Part shown: piece after piece, positions 51,316 to 64,000 of the stretch
Position numbering within the stretch: the stretch's first letter is position 1
Layout of the letters: each line of letters begins with the position of its first letter
Notes under the pieces: model-generated
What the model was told of the DNA's origin: nothing
The model's database searches: none
What the model saw: only the letters and a program-made list of their open reading frames with translations
Translations under genes and position numbers: made by a program
Sequence record: PP456878.1
Strand: one strand, 5' to 3'
Length of the DNA stretch: 64,000 nucleotides
Origin: Pseudomonas phage vB_PaePAO1-KEN19

Positions 51316-52299
51316 TTAATCGAATACAAGACCACTACTAGTTGCTTGGTCATCCACATCTAGAGTAGACTGACGCTTACGCATATTAGCTTTGGCTCGA
51401 TTCATCATTTCACGACGTTCTTCTAATCGCTTACGAATATCTTCAATAGATAGGCCATTGATCACAAAATGCATTTGATCGAAATCATATTTTTCAGGAT
51501 CAGCATAACCAGTAGTACGAGTTAGAACTGTACTAATTGATACATCGCGATCAGGATCAGTGTATAGTGAAGCAATAGAAATTGGATCCAGAATAGCCTG
51601 AGCTTCTTGACGATCGAAACACACGTGTAATTGGACAGTCTGTACAGGTACATCATGGTGCTTATGGAAGTGTGCCCAGTTAGTGATATCCATTAGATCA
51701 AGACTTTGGTGTTCTTGATTAAATAGAATTACTAGTGCATTTAGTACTTCAAGAATGTTTTGGTTCACCATTGATTGCGGTATACCTTCAACATTCTCAT
51801 GATAGTTAATAATCATCGGAACTTTACTAACAGAGGAAACCCCTTCAAAAGTCTTAAGGCTACCACTGCTATTACGAAGACTAATATCACTGTCGTAAGA
51901 TCCAATGACCACACTTACAACTACTTCACCTTGTTGTTGTAGATGACTAACAAGAGAAGGACCAATGGTTGAACCAGAAGCACCACCCATTGAGTATACC
52001 ACGATGTTAGTATCCCCTGCTGGGAAATGATGGGCAATGGCAGGAATATGTGCAGAGATTAGTTCTGCGGCTGCCTTACGATCTTTACCCATACCGATAG
52101 CACGTTTACGTGCAGTCTGGTCAGCTAGCTTAGTATCCGCTTCAATAATGATCGTATTATCGTCAGTATTGTGTTTGTGTTTATTCTGTACACTGGTATC
52201 AATGTAGCAAACATCCTCATGATAACCATGGAATAGTTCACCAATACGGAAACCAGCACCACCACAAAAGTAAATTCGAGTTTTTACTTTAGACATCAT
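51316..52299 (-). CDS. phuZ: PhuZ-like phage tubulin
   Basis: RIYFCGGAGFRIGELF matches the PhuZ N-terminal GGTG P-loop region. IVVYSMGGASGSTIGPSLV matches the tubulin/FtsZ GGGTGSG signature, as in PhuZ YSLGGGSGSVLGPLI. The acidic C-terminal tail DVDDQATSSGLVFD is typical of the PhuZ polymerisation tail. Confidence 0.85.
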   Translation of the reverse strand: MMSKVKTRIYFCGGAGFRIGELFHGYHEDVCYIDTSVQNKHKHNTDDNTIIIEADTKLADQTARKRAIGMGKDRKAAAELISAHIPAIAHHFPAGDTNIVVYSMGGASGSTIGPSLVSHLQQQGEVVVSVVIGSYDSDISLRNSSGSLKTFEGVSSVSKVPMIINYHENVEGIPQSMVNQNILEVLNALVILFNQEHQSLDLMDITNWAHFHKHHDVPVQTVQLHVCFDRQEAQAILDPISIASLYTDPDRDVSISTVLTRTTGYADPEKYDFDQMHFVINGLSIEDIRKRLEERREMMNRAKANMRKRQSTLDVDDQATSSGLVFD

Positions 52300-52349
52300 T
52301 ACACCTCATTGTGATTAATATAATTTCATATACCAACTTGTAAATGGCA

Positions 52350-52862
52350 TCAGTGCTTAAAAGTAACGATCTCTTCATGAGTTCGTTCTTGATGAACAGT
52401 TAATTCACTAATCACTTTACCAGTATCAGATTTAAATTCGATTACCATCTTATCTCGACACATGTATGTTTGCCAAGTACCACCAGACTTAACACAATCA
52501 ATAATCATGTTAAGTACATTCTTAACTTCAATCTTACTAACTTTATAACGATAAACGTTTAGAAGTTCAGTAAGCCATTTCGTTTTTGGGATTTTGGCAT
52601 TTTTACGTTCTTTTGAAATATCAAAAGGAATTAGTGCAATGATCTCACCATCTTTGTTGGTGAATTCAAATACCATTCCTTTTGAGTTAGCTAAAGGACG
52701 AATGTTGTAATTGCCTTTAGCACTACATACTTCTTCAGATAACTTAACTAACCTATCTAGTTGAACATCAGATGCATGAATGTTATCTTCTTTAAATGCT
52801 TTCTTTAGCTCATCATGAGTTAGTGGAGTACGTACTAGAGTGTAATCTTTCTGTTCAGACAT
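52350..52862 (-). CDS. hypothetical protein (170 aa)
   Basis: Minus-strand ORF. It is preceded by an unusually long (247-nt) intergenic region. Confidence 0.45.
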   Translation of the reverse strand: MSEQKDYTLVRTPLTHDELKKAFKEDNIHASDVQLDRLVKLSEEVCSAKGNYNIRPLANSKGMVFEFTNKDGEIIALIPFDISKERKNAKIPKTKWLTELLNVYRYKVSKIEVKNVLNMIIDCVKSGGTWQTYMCRDKMVIEFKSDTGKVISELTVHQERTHEEIVTFKH

Positions 52863-53109
52863 TTTTCATTTTTTCCAATTTTTCTATTTTCAAATTAAAC
52901 GGTATTGGCTCTTTATAGCCAATCCCTTATTACTAAAAGTATTAGATTCTCGAACTAAGGATAGGTTATACCCCATCTCTAATAATAAGGAATATTATAT
53001 GGGACCCCCCCAAAGGGTCCCCCCCACATAATATACTATTTATATAATTTTCTTTTTAGAAGAAAAGAGATAAATAAGAGAAATACAGTCTATTAAAGTA
53101 ATGAATTTC

Positions 53110-53931
53110 TCAAAAATTAAATAGTACACCGCCCACAAATTTCGCCGGAAGGTCCTGCCGGACAACTGTCCGGATGTGCGGGAGTAGTGGGTTTTTCAAA
53201 AATACCTGCATTGCAGTTGAATTGAGTGGTTGATTGTAACGTACGATCTTAATGGTAAATAGAACTTCCTCAACATCTGGATGACATCCTTCAAAACTAA
53301 AATATACTTCGGTTCGATCAATAAACTGATACATTTCTACAGCTGGTTCAGCTGGTTCTTTGAAGGCCAGCTTATTAGTGAAATAATCAGTATATGTTAG
53401 GATTAGGTTTTGTACATTTACTGCATTCTTTTTATCAACAAGAAATTCAAATTCTTCAAGATTATCCGTTTTGAAAATACCTTGATAAGATGATGACTTA
53501 ATTAACTCATCGCTAATATCATCAATGTGTACGCCTGGCATAAATTCAATTACTGGTAGAATAAGTTTATCATATCCCACACAGTCAGCAATATGAATTC
53601 CAATTACATTGCCATCTCTAATGTATTCGTCGTCACCGAAAATAACGACACCAGCCGCTAGATATAAATTATCAACATATTTCAGATTCTCTGCAATAAT
53701 ACGAGATAGCACATATTCACGCACCATGGCATTATCTGGACTTGATTGAGGTTTAAAAGTATGATAGGTGTCATAGTTACCCATTGCGGCACACCTAACA
53801 AAAACTGAATTATCCACTGGATCATAAACCCATTGAATAGTGATGTCCTCTAATTTATGTGGATGAAATGAACCATCCAGCTTAGATAGTGATTGGCGTT
53901 GTTCTTCCCAGGTGATGTTAAATTGAGTCAT
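53110..53931 (-). CDS. hypothetical protein (273 aa)
   Basis: Minus-strand ORF. Confidence 0.45.
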   Translation of the reverse strand: MTQFNITWEEQRQSLSKLDGSFHPHKLEDITIQWVYDPVDNSVFVRCAAMGNYDTYHTFKPQSSPDNAMVREYVLSRIIAENLKYVDNLYLAAGVVIFGDDEYIRDGNVIGIHIADCVGYDKLILPVIEFMPGVHIDDISDELIKSSSYQGIFKTDNLEEFEFLVDKKNAVNVQNLILTYTDYFTNKLAFKEPAEPAVEMYQFIDRTEVYFSFEGCHPDVEEVLFTIKIVRYNQPLNSTAMQVFLKNPLLPHIRTVVRQDLPAKFVGGVLFNF

Positions 53932-53966
53932 TTTTCTAACCTCTTCATTTATTAAAAGTAATACGC

Positions 53967-54782
53967 TTATTTTACTTTAGCAGTTGATACTTCACATACA
54001 CTAACTAATTGCTCAAATAACGGTTCGTTATCTGGATCATTAACTAATTTTGATGTATTAATAATAATACCAGAATACAGCATATCAGCTACATCTCGAT
54101 CACTTGTTTTAATTCTGGTTACACCTTCCCACTTCCATCCATAGTAAATTAAATCAAATGATGAACCAATGTTAAAGGTTGATTGAATAAATTTGCATGT
54201 ACCATTTTCTTTTAACCAATCAGGCCTATATGGTTCATTTTTATAAAATTCATGCATGAGTACTTTAAAATCAGTTTTAATGTTTTCATGAATAATGCAA
54301 TCAATAGAATTAAGAGCTTCATCAAGAGCTGATTTAGACTCAATAATGATTTCTGATACATTGGCAGATTTTAGTGTAATCATACCTAGTTCATCTGAGT
54401 GTGCTCTTCCGATTTGAAATACATTGAGCTTACCAATTGGTAAGGTGGCTTTTAATGGCAGATTAGTATAGTGAGATACATCGCTTTTATAACTGTCTTC
54501 ATATGACTCAATTAAATTAAGCCATGCTCTTTCAATACGTGTATTCTCAAAATGTTGTTCTTCTTCTAGTAGTCTAGAAATTAGATGATTAATGTATTGA
54601 ACATTATGGCCAGTACCGGTAATTGAATTATATTTCGTATTACCGGTAATTCCCCATTTATTATTTTCTTTATTTATCCAACCGTAGATTACACTGTTTT
54701 TAGGATATTTATTTTTAAAATTATCGTATATTTCTTTTAGATGTGGATTAGGGGTAAAACTAAAAGTAGTTGATTCAGTCAT
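53967..54782 (-). CDS. hypothetical protein (271 aa)
   Basis: Minus-strand ORF with a promoter-like motif upstream. Confidence 0.45.
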   Translation of the reverse strand: MTESTTFSFTPNPHLKEIYDNFKNKYPKNSVIYGWINKENNKWGITGNTKYNSITGTGHNVQYINHLISRLLEEEQHFENTRIERAWLNLIESYEDSYKSDVSHYTNLPLKATLPIGKLNVFQIGRAHSDELGMITLKSANVSEIIIESKSALDEALNSIDCIIHENIKTDFKVLMHEFYKNEPYRPDWLKENGTCKFIQSTFNIGSSFDLIYYGWKWEGVTRIKTSDRDVADMLYSGIIINTSKLVNDPDNEPLFEQLVSVCEVSTAKVK

Positions 54783-54822
54783 TATAGATACCTATTTGAA
54801 TATTGTTTATTATTGCAAATTA

Positions 54823-54850
54823 GTAATATAGATCTTAAACTTTTTTTAAC
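54823..54850 (-). promoter_or_regulatory. conserved promoter-like motif, minus-strand sense gttaaaaaaaGTTTAAGATCTATATTAC
   Basis: Ends in TATATTAC. Confidence 0.5.
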
Positions 54851-54854
54851 TCAG

Positions 54855-54884
54855 CATAAAGCCTCCCCTAGGGGAGGCGATATG
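54855..54884 (-). terminator. terminator palindrome cataaaGCCTCCCCTAGGGGAGGCgatatg
   Basis: Identical stem-loop to 7821-7838. Confidence 0.55.
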
Positions 54885-54885
54885 T

Positions 54886-55701
54886 TCATTTATCTATTTC
54901 AGCGTTTGGATCATACCAAGGTAATAAACTTAGTAGTGCCGGTTGTTGTTTCTTCATATCCTCTAAGATTGTTGCTTCACTTGCACCTTCTAACATAGTG
55001 GTGAAAGTAATCATGTTCTTAGAGTTATATATCGGACGTAGACCATTACCAAAGAATTTCACTTGTTGAACCATTATTTTGAAATCAGGGTTATCGACTA
55101 CATCTGGGATATAGATACCAGGTGGCGCACTGAAATAACGTTTAATTAACTCAATAGCCCAATACGTTGGTAAATCACCAAACTGTGATTTCACTGTAGC
55201 TAGGTTTAATTGGAATGCTTTAGGTTCTTCAGGCGGCGGTTCCACCGGATCAATTGGATCAGTGGGTTCTTCAGGGCCAGTAGGTTCAGTAGGCTCTTCA
55301 GGATCCTCTGGATCGCCTTCTGTTGGCTTTTCTTCAGATGTGCCACCATCAGGGTCACTTGAACCATCATCATCTTCAACGGGCTCCTCAGGCGTTTCTA
55401 TAGGCTCCTTCGGATCTTCCTGATTCTCCGATAGATCGGGCTCTTCTGATTCCCCATCTCCATTTGCTTCAGTAGAAGACGTGTCTTCTGATTCTTCATC
55501 TGTTGTCGAGTCAGTTGTGGCTGTGTTTTCTGAATCGGCAGTGGTATTTTCATTTTCACTTGATTCAGTAGAAACAATTTCAGTAGGAGTGGTTTCAAGT
55601 TCACTGACACTATCCTCTGCATTAGTTACTTCATTAGGGATTTCACTAATTTCTGATAATGTTACCGGTGCACTTACTGCGCGAGCTTTTCGTTTAGCCA
55701 T
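54886..55701 (-). CDS. hypothetical protein with ~150-aa highly acidic Glu/Asp/Thr/Pro-rich N-terminal disordered region
   Basis: Repeats of the form PEEPTEPTGPEEPTDPIDPVEPPPEEP, and a Ser/Thr/Glu-rich stretch. The C-terminal ~110 aa look globular. Confidence 0.5.
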   Translation of the reverse strand: MAKRKARAVSAPVTLSEISEIPNEVTNAEDSVSELETTPTEIVSTESSENENTTADSENTATTDSTTDEESEDTSSTEANGDGESEEPDLSENQEDPKEPIETPEEPVEDDDGSSDPDGGTSEEKPTEGDPEDPEEPTEPTGPEEPTDPIDPVEPPPEEPKAFQLNLATVKSQFGDLPTYWAIELIKRYFSAPPGIYIPDVVDNPDFKIMVQQVKFFGNGLRPIYNSKNMITFTTMLEGASEATILEDMKKQQPALLSLLPWYDPNAEIDK

Positions 55702-55710
55702 GGTTGTACC

Positions 55711-56490
<780 letters not shown>

Positions 56491-56543
56491 CTACAATTAT
56501 ATTTGAGTTATTGTACTACAGATGATAAAAGAGAAAATACATC

Positions 56544-56576
56544 ATAAGCCCTCTCCTTATGGAGAGGGCATTATAT
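56544..56576 (-). terminator. terminator palindrome cataaGCCCTCTCCttatGGAGAGGGCattat
   Basis: Same architecture (CATAA ... TTATG flanks) as the CTAG-loop family. Confidence 0.5.
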
Positions 56577-56780
56577 TTACATAGTGTTAAAACACGCATT
56601 AAATTTAGATAATGAGCAGCCAGTATAAATTAATGATTGCTCTAGTTGTATGATGACATCGCCATTACTATCAAAATCAGCAGCAATAAAAATAGATTCA
56701 GTTATCTTAAAAGTAGATGGCAGCATTTCTAAATAATTAAATATTGCTTGATTATCGATGTCATGAGGATTTAAATCCAT
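56577..56780 (-). CDS. hypothetical protein (67 aa)
   Basis: Small minus-strand ORF. Confidence 0.35.
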   Translation of the reverse strand: MDLNPHDIDNQAIFNYLEMLPSTFKITESIFIAADFDSNGDVIIQLEQSLIYTGCSLSKFNACFNTM

Positions 56781-56787
56781 ATGTTAC

Positions 56788-57657
56788 CTATACATGGATA
56801 GTTATGGACCAAATATTAACAGGACTGCATAAGACAATTGTGATTAAATCTCTATGAGTTCTTTGATAATGATTGGAACACATAACTTTGATTAACTTTA
56901 ATTTTTTAGTTTCTTTATTTTGAATTTCTTTGATAAGCGATTCAATAAGCTCATTAGTAATAAGTGAATGTCCATCAATAAATGGTTTTATACTTACTAG
57001 CGAATCTTTGTTAAATAGAATTGCATCATCATATTCGCATGTAGCTGCGGTCTTGTATATGGATGCAACTTTATTAACTTTGTCATTAGTGACTATAGAA
57101 AAATTAAATTCACTCTTAGTTTTACTTAACGATGTTTCAAATAATTTATATTTATCAATAATAGTTTTATTATCAATAAATGATTTCATCCCAATATTTA
57201 AATCTATGTCCAGTGTGTAAGAATCATGTATTAAACCAATTGATAGTTGAGTCTCATTACCACTATTGTTAAACTTAATATTATTAACTGAACATATCTG
57301 ATTATTAATAAACGATAATAATAGTTTAGAAATAGTTTTAATAACATTAACTTCATAATCATTATTAGTACAAGCAAGTGCAGTTGTCATGTATCGACTA
57401 ACTTGACTAACATCTAGTTTCTGATAGTTACTACCACTATCTACCCATGGGTCAATATTTAAAAAAATCCTTAGACTAGCTAGAATATCAGAAGATGTTT
57501 CAGAATAAATGAAAAACACATTATTATTAAGATCATCTTTTAGCCAACCACTAGTTCTAAGATTTTCTAGATCTTTTTCATTAGATACCGATTGACTTAA
57601 TTGCTGAATTAAACTAGGGTTAGCTAGGTTTAATAAACTAATCATTTTATAAACCAT
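56788..57657 (-). CDS. hypothetical Asn/Ile/Ser-rich protein (289 aa)
   Basis: Minus-strand ORF. Divergent from the following plus-strand gene. Confidence 0.45.
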   Translation of the reverse strand: MVYKMISLLNLANPSLIQQLSQSVSNEKDLENLRTSGWLKDDLNNNVFFIYSETSSDILASLRIFLNIDPWVDSGSNYQKLDVSQVSRYMTTALACTNNDYEVNVIKTISKLLLSFINNQICSVNNIKFNNSGNETQLSIGLIHDSYTLDIDLNIGMKSFIDNKTIIDKYKLFETSLSKTKSEFNFSIVTNDKVNKVASIYKTAATCEYDDAILFNKDSLVSIKPFIDGHSLITNELIESLIKEIQNKETKKLKLIKVMCSNHYQRTHRDLITIVLCSPVNIWSITIHV

Positions 57658-57747
57658 TTTATTATCCTCTAATTTATGTAATTACATGGAATAAATAACA
57701 TAAGTACTTTTATGACTTATGATTTGATTCTCCAGGAGGTTTTCCCA

Positions 57748-58986
57748 ATGGCAACTATTAAAGAAGTCCTTGATAGAAATTTTAAGGATGTTCAATTTGA
57801 TCGCGATTTATGTAAAAGAATTATTGACTTTACTATCAGTTTTATGAATAGGAATGCTGATCACTCTGCTTTCTTTGGTGGTGTATTACTAGGTGTACAA
57901 CAAGTTAAATTCTTCGATACGGATCGTGAGATTTGGTATGATGATGTTTTACGAATTGATGAAGCGCTGTTAGTCCAAGATTTTAAGTCAGTTGAATTCA
58001 TTGACCCTAACCATCGTGTAATGTCAGATGTATTCAATCATCTTCCTGCCTATATTTGTTCTAGGCTTTTAAAAACAACTAATGTTCCTTTGAATATTAG
58101 ACATGAAGCAATGGTTAGTTGTTTCATGGTGTTGCATTTTAAATATCTAACATCTTTACTTGTACCACGCTTTAAATATCCTGCACGTAAAGAAGTAGCC
58201 GAAGCTGCATTCGCCGCACTCAATTATCGATTTGACATTAAGACAATTGGGTCATGGGAGAAACTATTTAGGCAACGGGCTGAAGGTATCATTGCACCTG
58301 ATTCTATTTATGCACCTTTCTTAACTGGTAAAACACAAGAACTGGATTATTGGTCTGGTCGTGTGGTATCTGATACTCAAACACGTCTACGTGAATTAAT
58401 CAACAAGTACTATGATGTTTATATCAGAACACTGCAATCAGGTGGTAAATTAGTTATTTCATCGGATATGGCTGTTAATTCTGATGGTGAGCAGATTCTA
58501 CGCGATAAGTCTACTGGGTATCGCTCATATCTTACTTATATCCATCAAGTTGCGCAACAAGAACAAAATTTCATTAGACCTGAGCTAGTCGGTATTATTG
58601 AAAAGATAATGCCCACAATGCCTCCAGAAATGTTCATGGCAACGCTTAGACACCTTTCCCGTAACATCGGTCAACCTAGAGCACAAAAGCTTGAGAAACT
58701 CGTAGATGAGTGCTTATTGTATGCTTTCGATTATATGCAATCACTCCGTACAATGGTTGCTAGAAATAATGATCTACAAACATTGCTTGTAAAAATACGA
58801 GCAAAGATAATGGCATCTAAAACAGAAAATGCTCAAGTTATTTTCATGCGTGAAGAAGGTGAGAAGTTAGTTAGGGATGCGACTAATTCTAGGGTACCTG
58901 CATATATCGCAGCAACTAGGACTGGGTTGATGTTGTATTTAATTCTACGTGCTATGACTAAGAATTACTATACAAAAACAAAATAA
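57748..58986 (+). CDS. hypothetical protein (about 412 aa)
   Basis: Consensus SD ccAGGAGGtt 8 nt upstream of ATG MATIKEV. The listed start at 57712 lacks an RBS. Ended by the palindrome terminator. Confidence 0.5.
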   Translation: MATIKEVLDRNFKDVQFDRDLCKRIIDFTISFMNRNADHSAFFGGVLLGVQQVKFFDTDREIWYDDVLRIDEALLVQDFKSVEFIDPNHRVMSDVFNHLPAYICSRLLKTTNVPLNIRHEAMVSCFMVLHFKYLTSLLVPRFKYPARKEVAEAAFAALNYRFDIKTIGSWEKLFRQRAEGIIAPDSIYAPFLTGKTQELDYWSGRVVSDTQTRLRELINKYYDVYIRTLQSGGKLVISSDMAVNSDGEQILRDKSTGYRSYLTYIHQVAQQEQNFIRPELVGIIEKIMPTMPPEMFMATLRHLSRNIGQPRAQKLEKLVDECLLYAFDYMQSLRTMVARNNDLQTLLVKIRAKIMASKTENAQVIFMREEGEKLVRDATNSRVPAYIAATRTGLMLYLILRAMTKNYYTKTK

Positions 58987-58987
58987 A

Positions 58988-59019
58988 CATAATGCCCTCC
59001 CGCAATGGGAGGGCTTATG
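58988..59019. terminator. bidirectional terminator palindrome cataatGCCCTCCCgcaatgGGGAGGGCttatg
   Basis: Reverse complement of 49287-49317. Lies between convergent genes. Confidence 0.6.
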
Positions 59020-59032
59020 CTGTTAAGTAACA

Positions 59033-59395
59033 TTAGCTAGATTGATCATTACATAAATTTTTCAGAGCATCGTAAATAGCCACATAAGTAAAAATAGTTA
59101 AACTATCTTTAATTTCCTTACGTGGGGTGCCACTGAATCCACCCCATGATACATTTGTATTACTAACACATACAGTGCTAATAGCTGGCTCATGATAGCC
59201 ACCATCTACTTTACGCTTTGCATAAACCTTAGCCGTAATTTCTCCACGTAACTTTTTGAAGAAAACTAGAGCACCCGGAACGACTATACGTTTATTACCA
59301 ATCTTCGTAATAAATTCTTTACGATTAGTAAAGTGCTCTTTTAATAAATCATTAATAATTTTAGTTAAACTATCAATTTCATTCTTCATCGACAC
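59033..59395 (-). CDS. hypothetical protein (120 aa)
   Basis: Minus-strand ORF. Confidence 0.45.
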   Translation of the reverse strand: MSMKNEIDSLTKIINDLLKEHFTNRKEFITKIGNKRIVVPGALVFFKKLRGEITAKVYAKRKVDGGYHEPAISTVCVSNTNVSWGGFSGTPRKEIKDSLTIFTYVAIYDALKNLCNDQSS

Positions 59396-60582
59396 GTTGT
59401 TAGTTCCTTACAAATAAACTTGATAACGTGATCACTTACAAATTTCAATGGACCAGAACAATTAGATTTCTCAATAGCGGTTTCAGTGTATGAAATTATT
59501 TGATTTCCACTTAAGGATAATGAATCAAATAATTCATAAGAGTTATTATTTTTATTCTTAAAGGATACTGCATATTGACTATTTTCACTATTGATGCAAA
59601 ATAGGTTAATAGCTGGGATAGATACAGAGTTATCTGAAGTATGGCTATTTTCCGTAATATTCCAATTACTGTATACAGTGAAAATATTTGCAGCTAGTAA
59701 AAGGTTGGCATTAACCGTTTCTAAACTAACATACTCCACAGAAGTACCTTTATGCCAATATAGTTCAATTGGATTAACCCAAGTATACCCAATGGTTTTA
59801 TAGAAGGCATGCATTACATATTCTCGCCAACGTGTGGGTTTCTTATTATCAGTTAAAACACACGTAATATTGCCTGACGGATAAATGTGGTGGATACTAC
59901 ATGCATTAATTTCATCTCTAACATTAGTTGTTTCAGTAATATTAGAATGATCCTGTTTGAATAGCCATTTTAAATGACTATTAGTTGTGTCATCACCTTC
60001 CCCATTTGCAATGTCATTTTCTAACCACTTTTCAAATGTAGCTTGTCTATCAGGTGTTGGCATTCCCCAATAGGTAGCTAAAATGAAACGATAATAGTAT
60101 CGAATAATATCATCATCGTTAAGAATATTTTTATCCAGTTTCCAGTGATGTTGATACTCGTATACTTCGCTTGGAATATTATTTACTTGATACCATGTAT
60201 TAATTAATACTTGAATTGTTAATTGCCGAATACTCTCACTTGTTAGAGTGTAATATTCCCTGCTATGCGGCTCTTCAATTGTCACTTCTTGATCAGTATA
60301 ACCAATGTATTTAGGTTTACCATCGATGAGTGCAAAATTAACATTCCATGATGTATCATTACTAAAAGTGATATTAATAAAACCTTGTTCAAAGCTAGGC
60401 TTCACTACGAAACTGACATCATCCTTCTGATATGTCATTTGCGTTAGAATACCAAAATTAATTTTAGATGTAAATTCTTTATCGAAGTTATGTTTATAAA
60501 GTAATCCTAGTAAACAATCAATTTTATTAATAGTGTGGTTTTCTAATAATAAATCAGTATTTGTAAGTTCATTAATTTTCAT
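59386..60582 (-). CDS. hypothetical protein (398 aa)
   Basis: Minus-strand ORF. RBS gagagg. Promoter-like motif upstream. Confidence 0.5.
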   Translation of the reverse strand: MKINELTNTDLLLENHTINKIDCLLGLLYKHNFDKEFTSKINFGILTQMTYQKDDVSFVVKPSFEQGFINITFSNDTSWNVNFALIDGKPKYIGYTDQEVTIEEPHSREYYTLTSESIRQLTIQVLINTWYQVNNIPSEVYEYQHHWKLDKNILNDDDIIRYYYRFILATYWGMPTPDRQATFEKWLENDIANGEGDDTTNSHLKWLFKQDHSNITETTNVRDEINACSIHHIYPSGNITCVLTDNKKPTRWREYVMHAFYKTIGYTWVNPIELYWHKGTSVEYVSLETVNANLLLAANIFTVYSNWNITENSHTSDNSVSIPAINLFCINSENSQYAVSFKNKNNNSYELFDSLSLSGNQIISYTETAIEKSNCSGPLKFVSDHVIKFICKELTTCR

Positions 60583-60635
60583 TTTAACCTCTCTAAAATT
60601 TACAATCTAGTTTTACTTATTGAATAAGCAAACAT

Positions 60636-60662
60636 GTAATATATATCTTAATTATTTTTTAG
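60636..60662 (-). promoter_or_regulatory. conserved promoter-like motif, minus-strand sense CTAAAAAATAATTAAGATATATATTAC
   Basis: Ends in TATATTAC. Confidence 0.45.
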
Positions 60663-60677
60663 CATAGTTTTTAACAA

Positions 60678-60707
60678 CATAAAGCCTCCCCGAAGGGAGG
60701 CGATATG
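60678..60707 (-). terminator. terminator palindrome cataaaGCCTCCCCgaagGGGAGGCgatatg
   Basis: Family member with a GAAG loop. Confidence 0.5.
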
Positions 60708-60709
60708 CT

Positions 60710-60891
60710 TTAGCTTTTTTGGTTAGTACCGACAGTCTGCTCATTCTTTTCAGTTTGAGCATTTCGCCGAAGTTGACTAACCAGACCATTGCCAGCCGCA
60801 ACTACATCGGGAGAAAAGAATGCATTGATATCAAAGTTCTGATCTTGGTTGCGAGTCTTCCCAGGTGGGACCATCGGATATACTTTTGCCA

Positions 60892-60892
<1 letters not shown>
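60710..60892 (-). CDS. hypothetical small protein (60 aa)
   Basis: Small ORF immediately after the tube-like gene. Confidence 0.3.
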
Positions 60893-61776
<884 letters not shown>

Positions 61777-61804
61777 ACTTTTCCTCATTCTGAAAGCCAC
61801 CCAC

Positions 61805-63943
<2,139 letters not shown>

Positions 63944-63955
63944 CTAACAGTCAAT

Positions 63956-63973
63956 CATAGATATTAATCATAG
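63956..63973 (-). promoter_or_regulatory. variant of the promoter-like motif (ATAGATATTAAT)
   Basis: Weak match about 70 nt upstream of the sheath-like gene start. Confidence 0.25.
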
Positions 63974-64000
63974 TTGACCATACTAGTTATTTTTTACTAT

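Overview
AT-rich window (mid-30s % GC by eye), densely packed with genes, almost all on the minus strand. It looks like a nucleus-forming jumbo phage of the phiKZ-like / chimallivirus type. Identified genes include a PhuZ-type tubulin, a candidate chimallin shell protein directly upstream of a multisubunit-RNAP beta-prime N-terminal piece, and an adjacent RNAP beta C-terminal piece plus beta-prime C-terminal piece, consistent with a split non-virion RNAP. A second beta-prime-like fragment suggests a second RNAP set. A family-B DNA polymerase is split into two distant genes: exonuclease domain plus motif A, and motifs B and C. Other calls are an SF2 helicase, an Mre11/SbcD-like nuclease, an SSB-like protein, a CX5R phosphatase, an M48-like metallopeptidase, a Kelch-type propeller protein and a putative tail sheath/tube pair. 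The main discovery is three self-splicing group I introns inserted precisely into the catalytic motifs of the RNAP genes: beta GN|KGV, beta-prime N|PTLQR, and beta-prime N|ADFDGD. Each carries recognisable P/Q/R/S core elements, and two of them are near-identical copies. Further items: a U7 slippery run that joins two long frames of one plus-strand gene; a start-less 126-codon ORF overlapping the DNA polymerase stop; a small gene with an in-frame UGA; a recurrent TATATTAC-containing promoter-like motif upstream of minus-strand genes; a family of CTAG-loop terminator palindromes with CATAA/TTATG flanks; and a GC-rich structured 330-nt intergenic RNA candidate. No CRISPR array, rRNA or tRNA was recognised.
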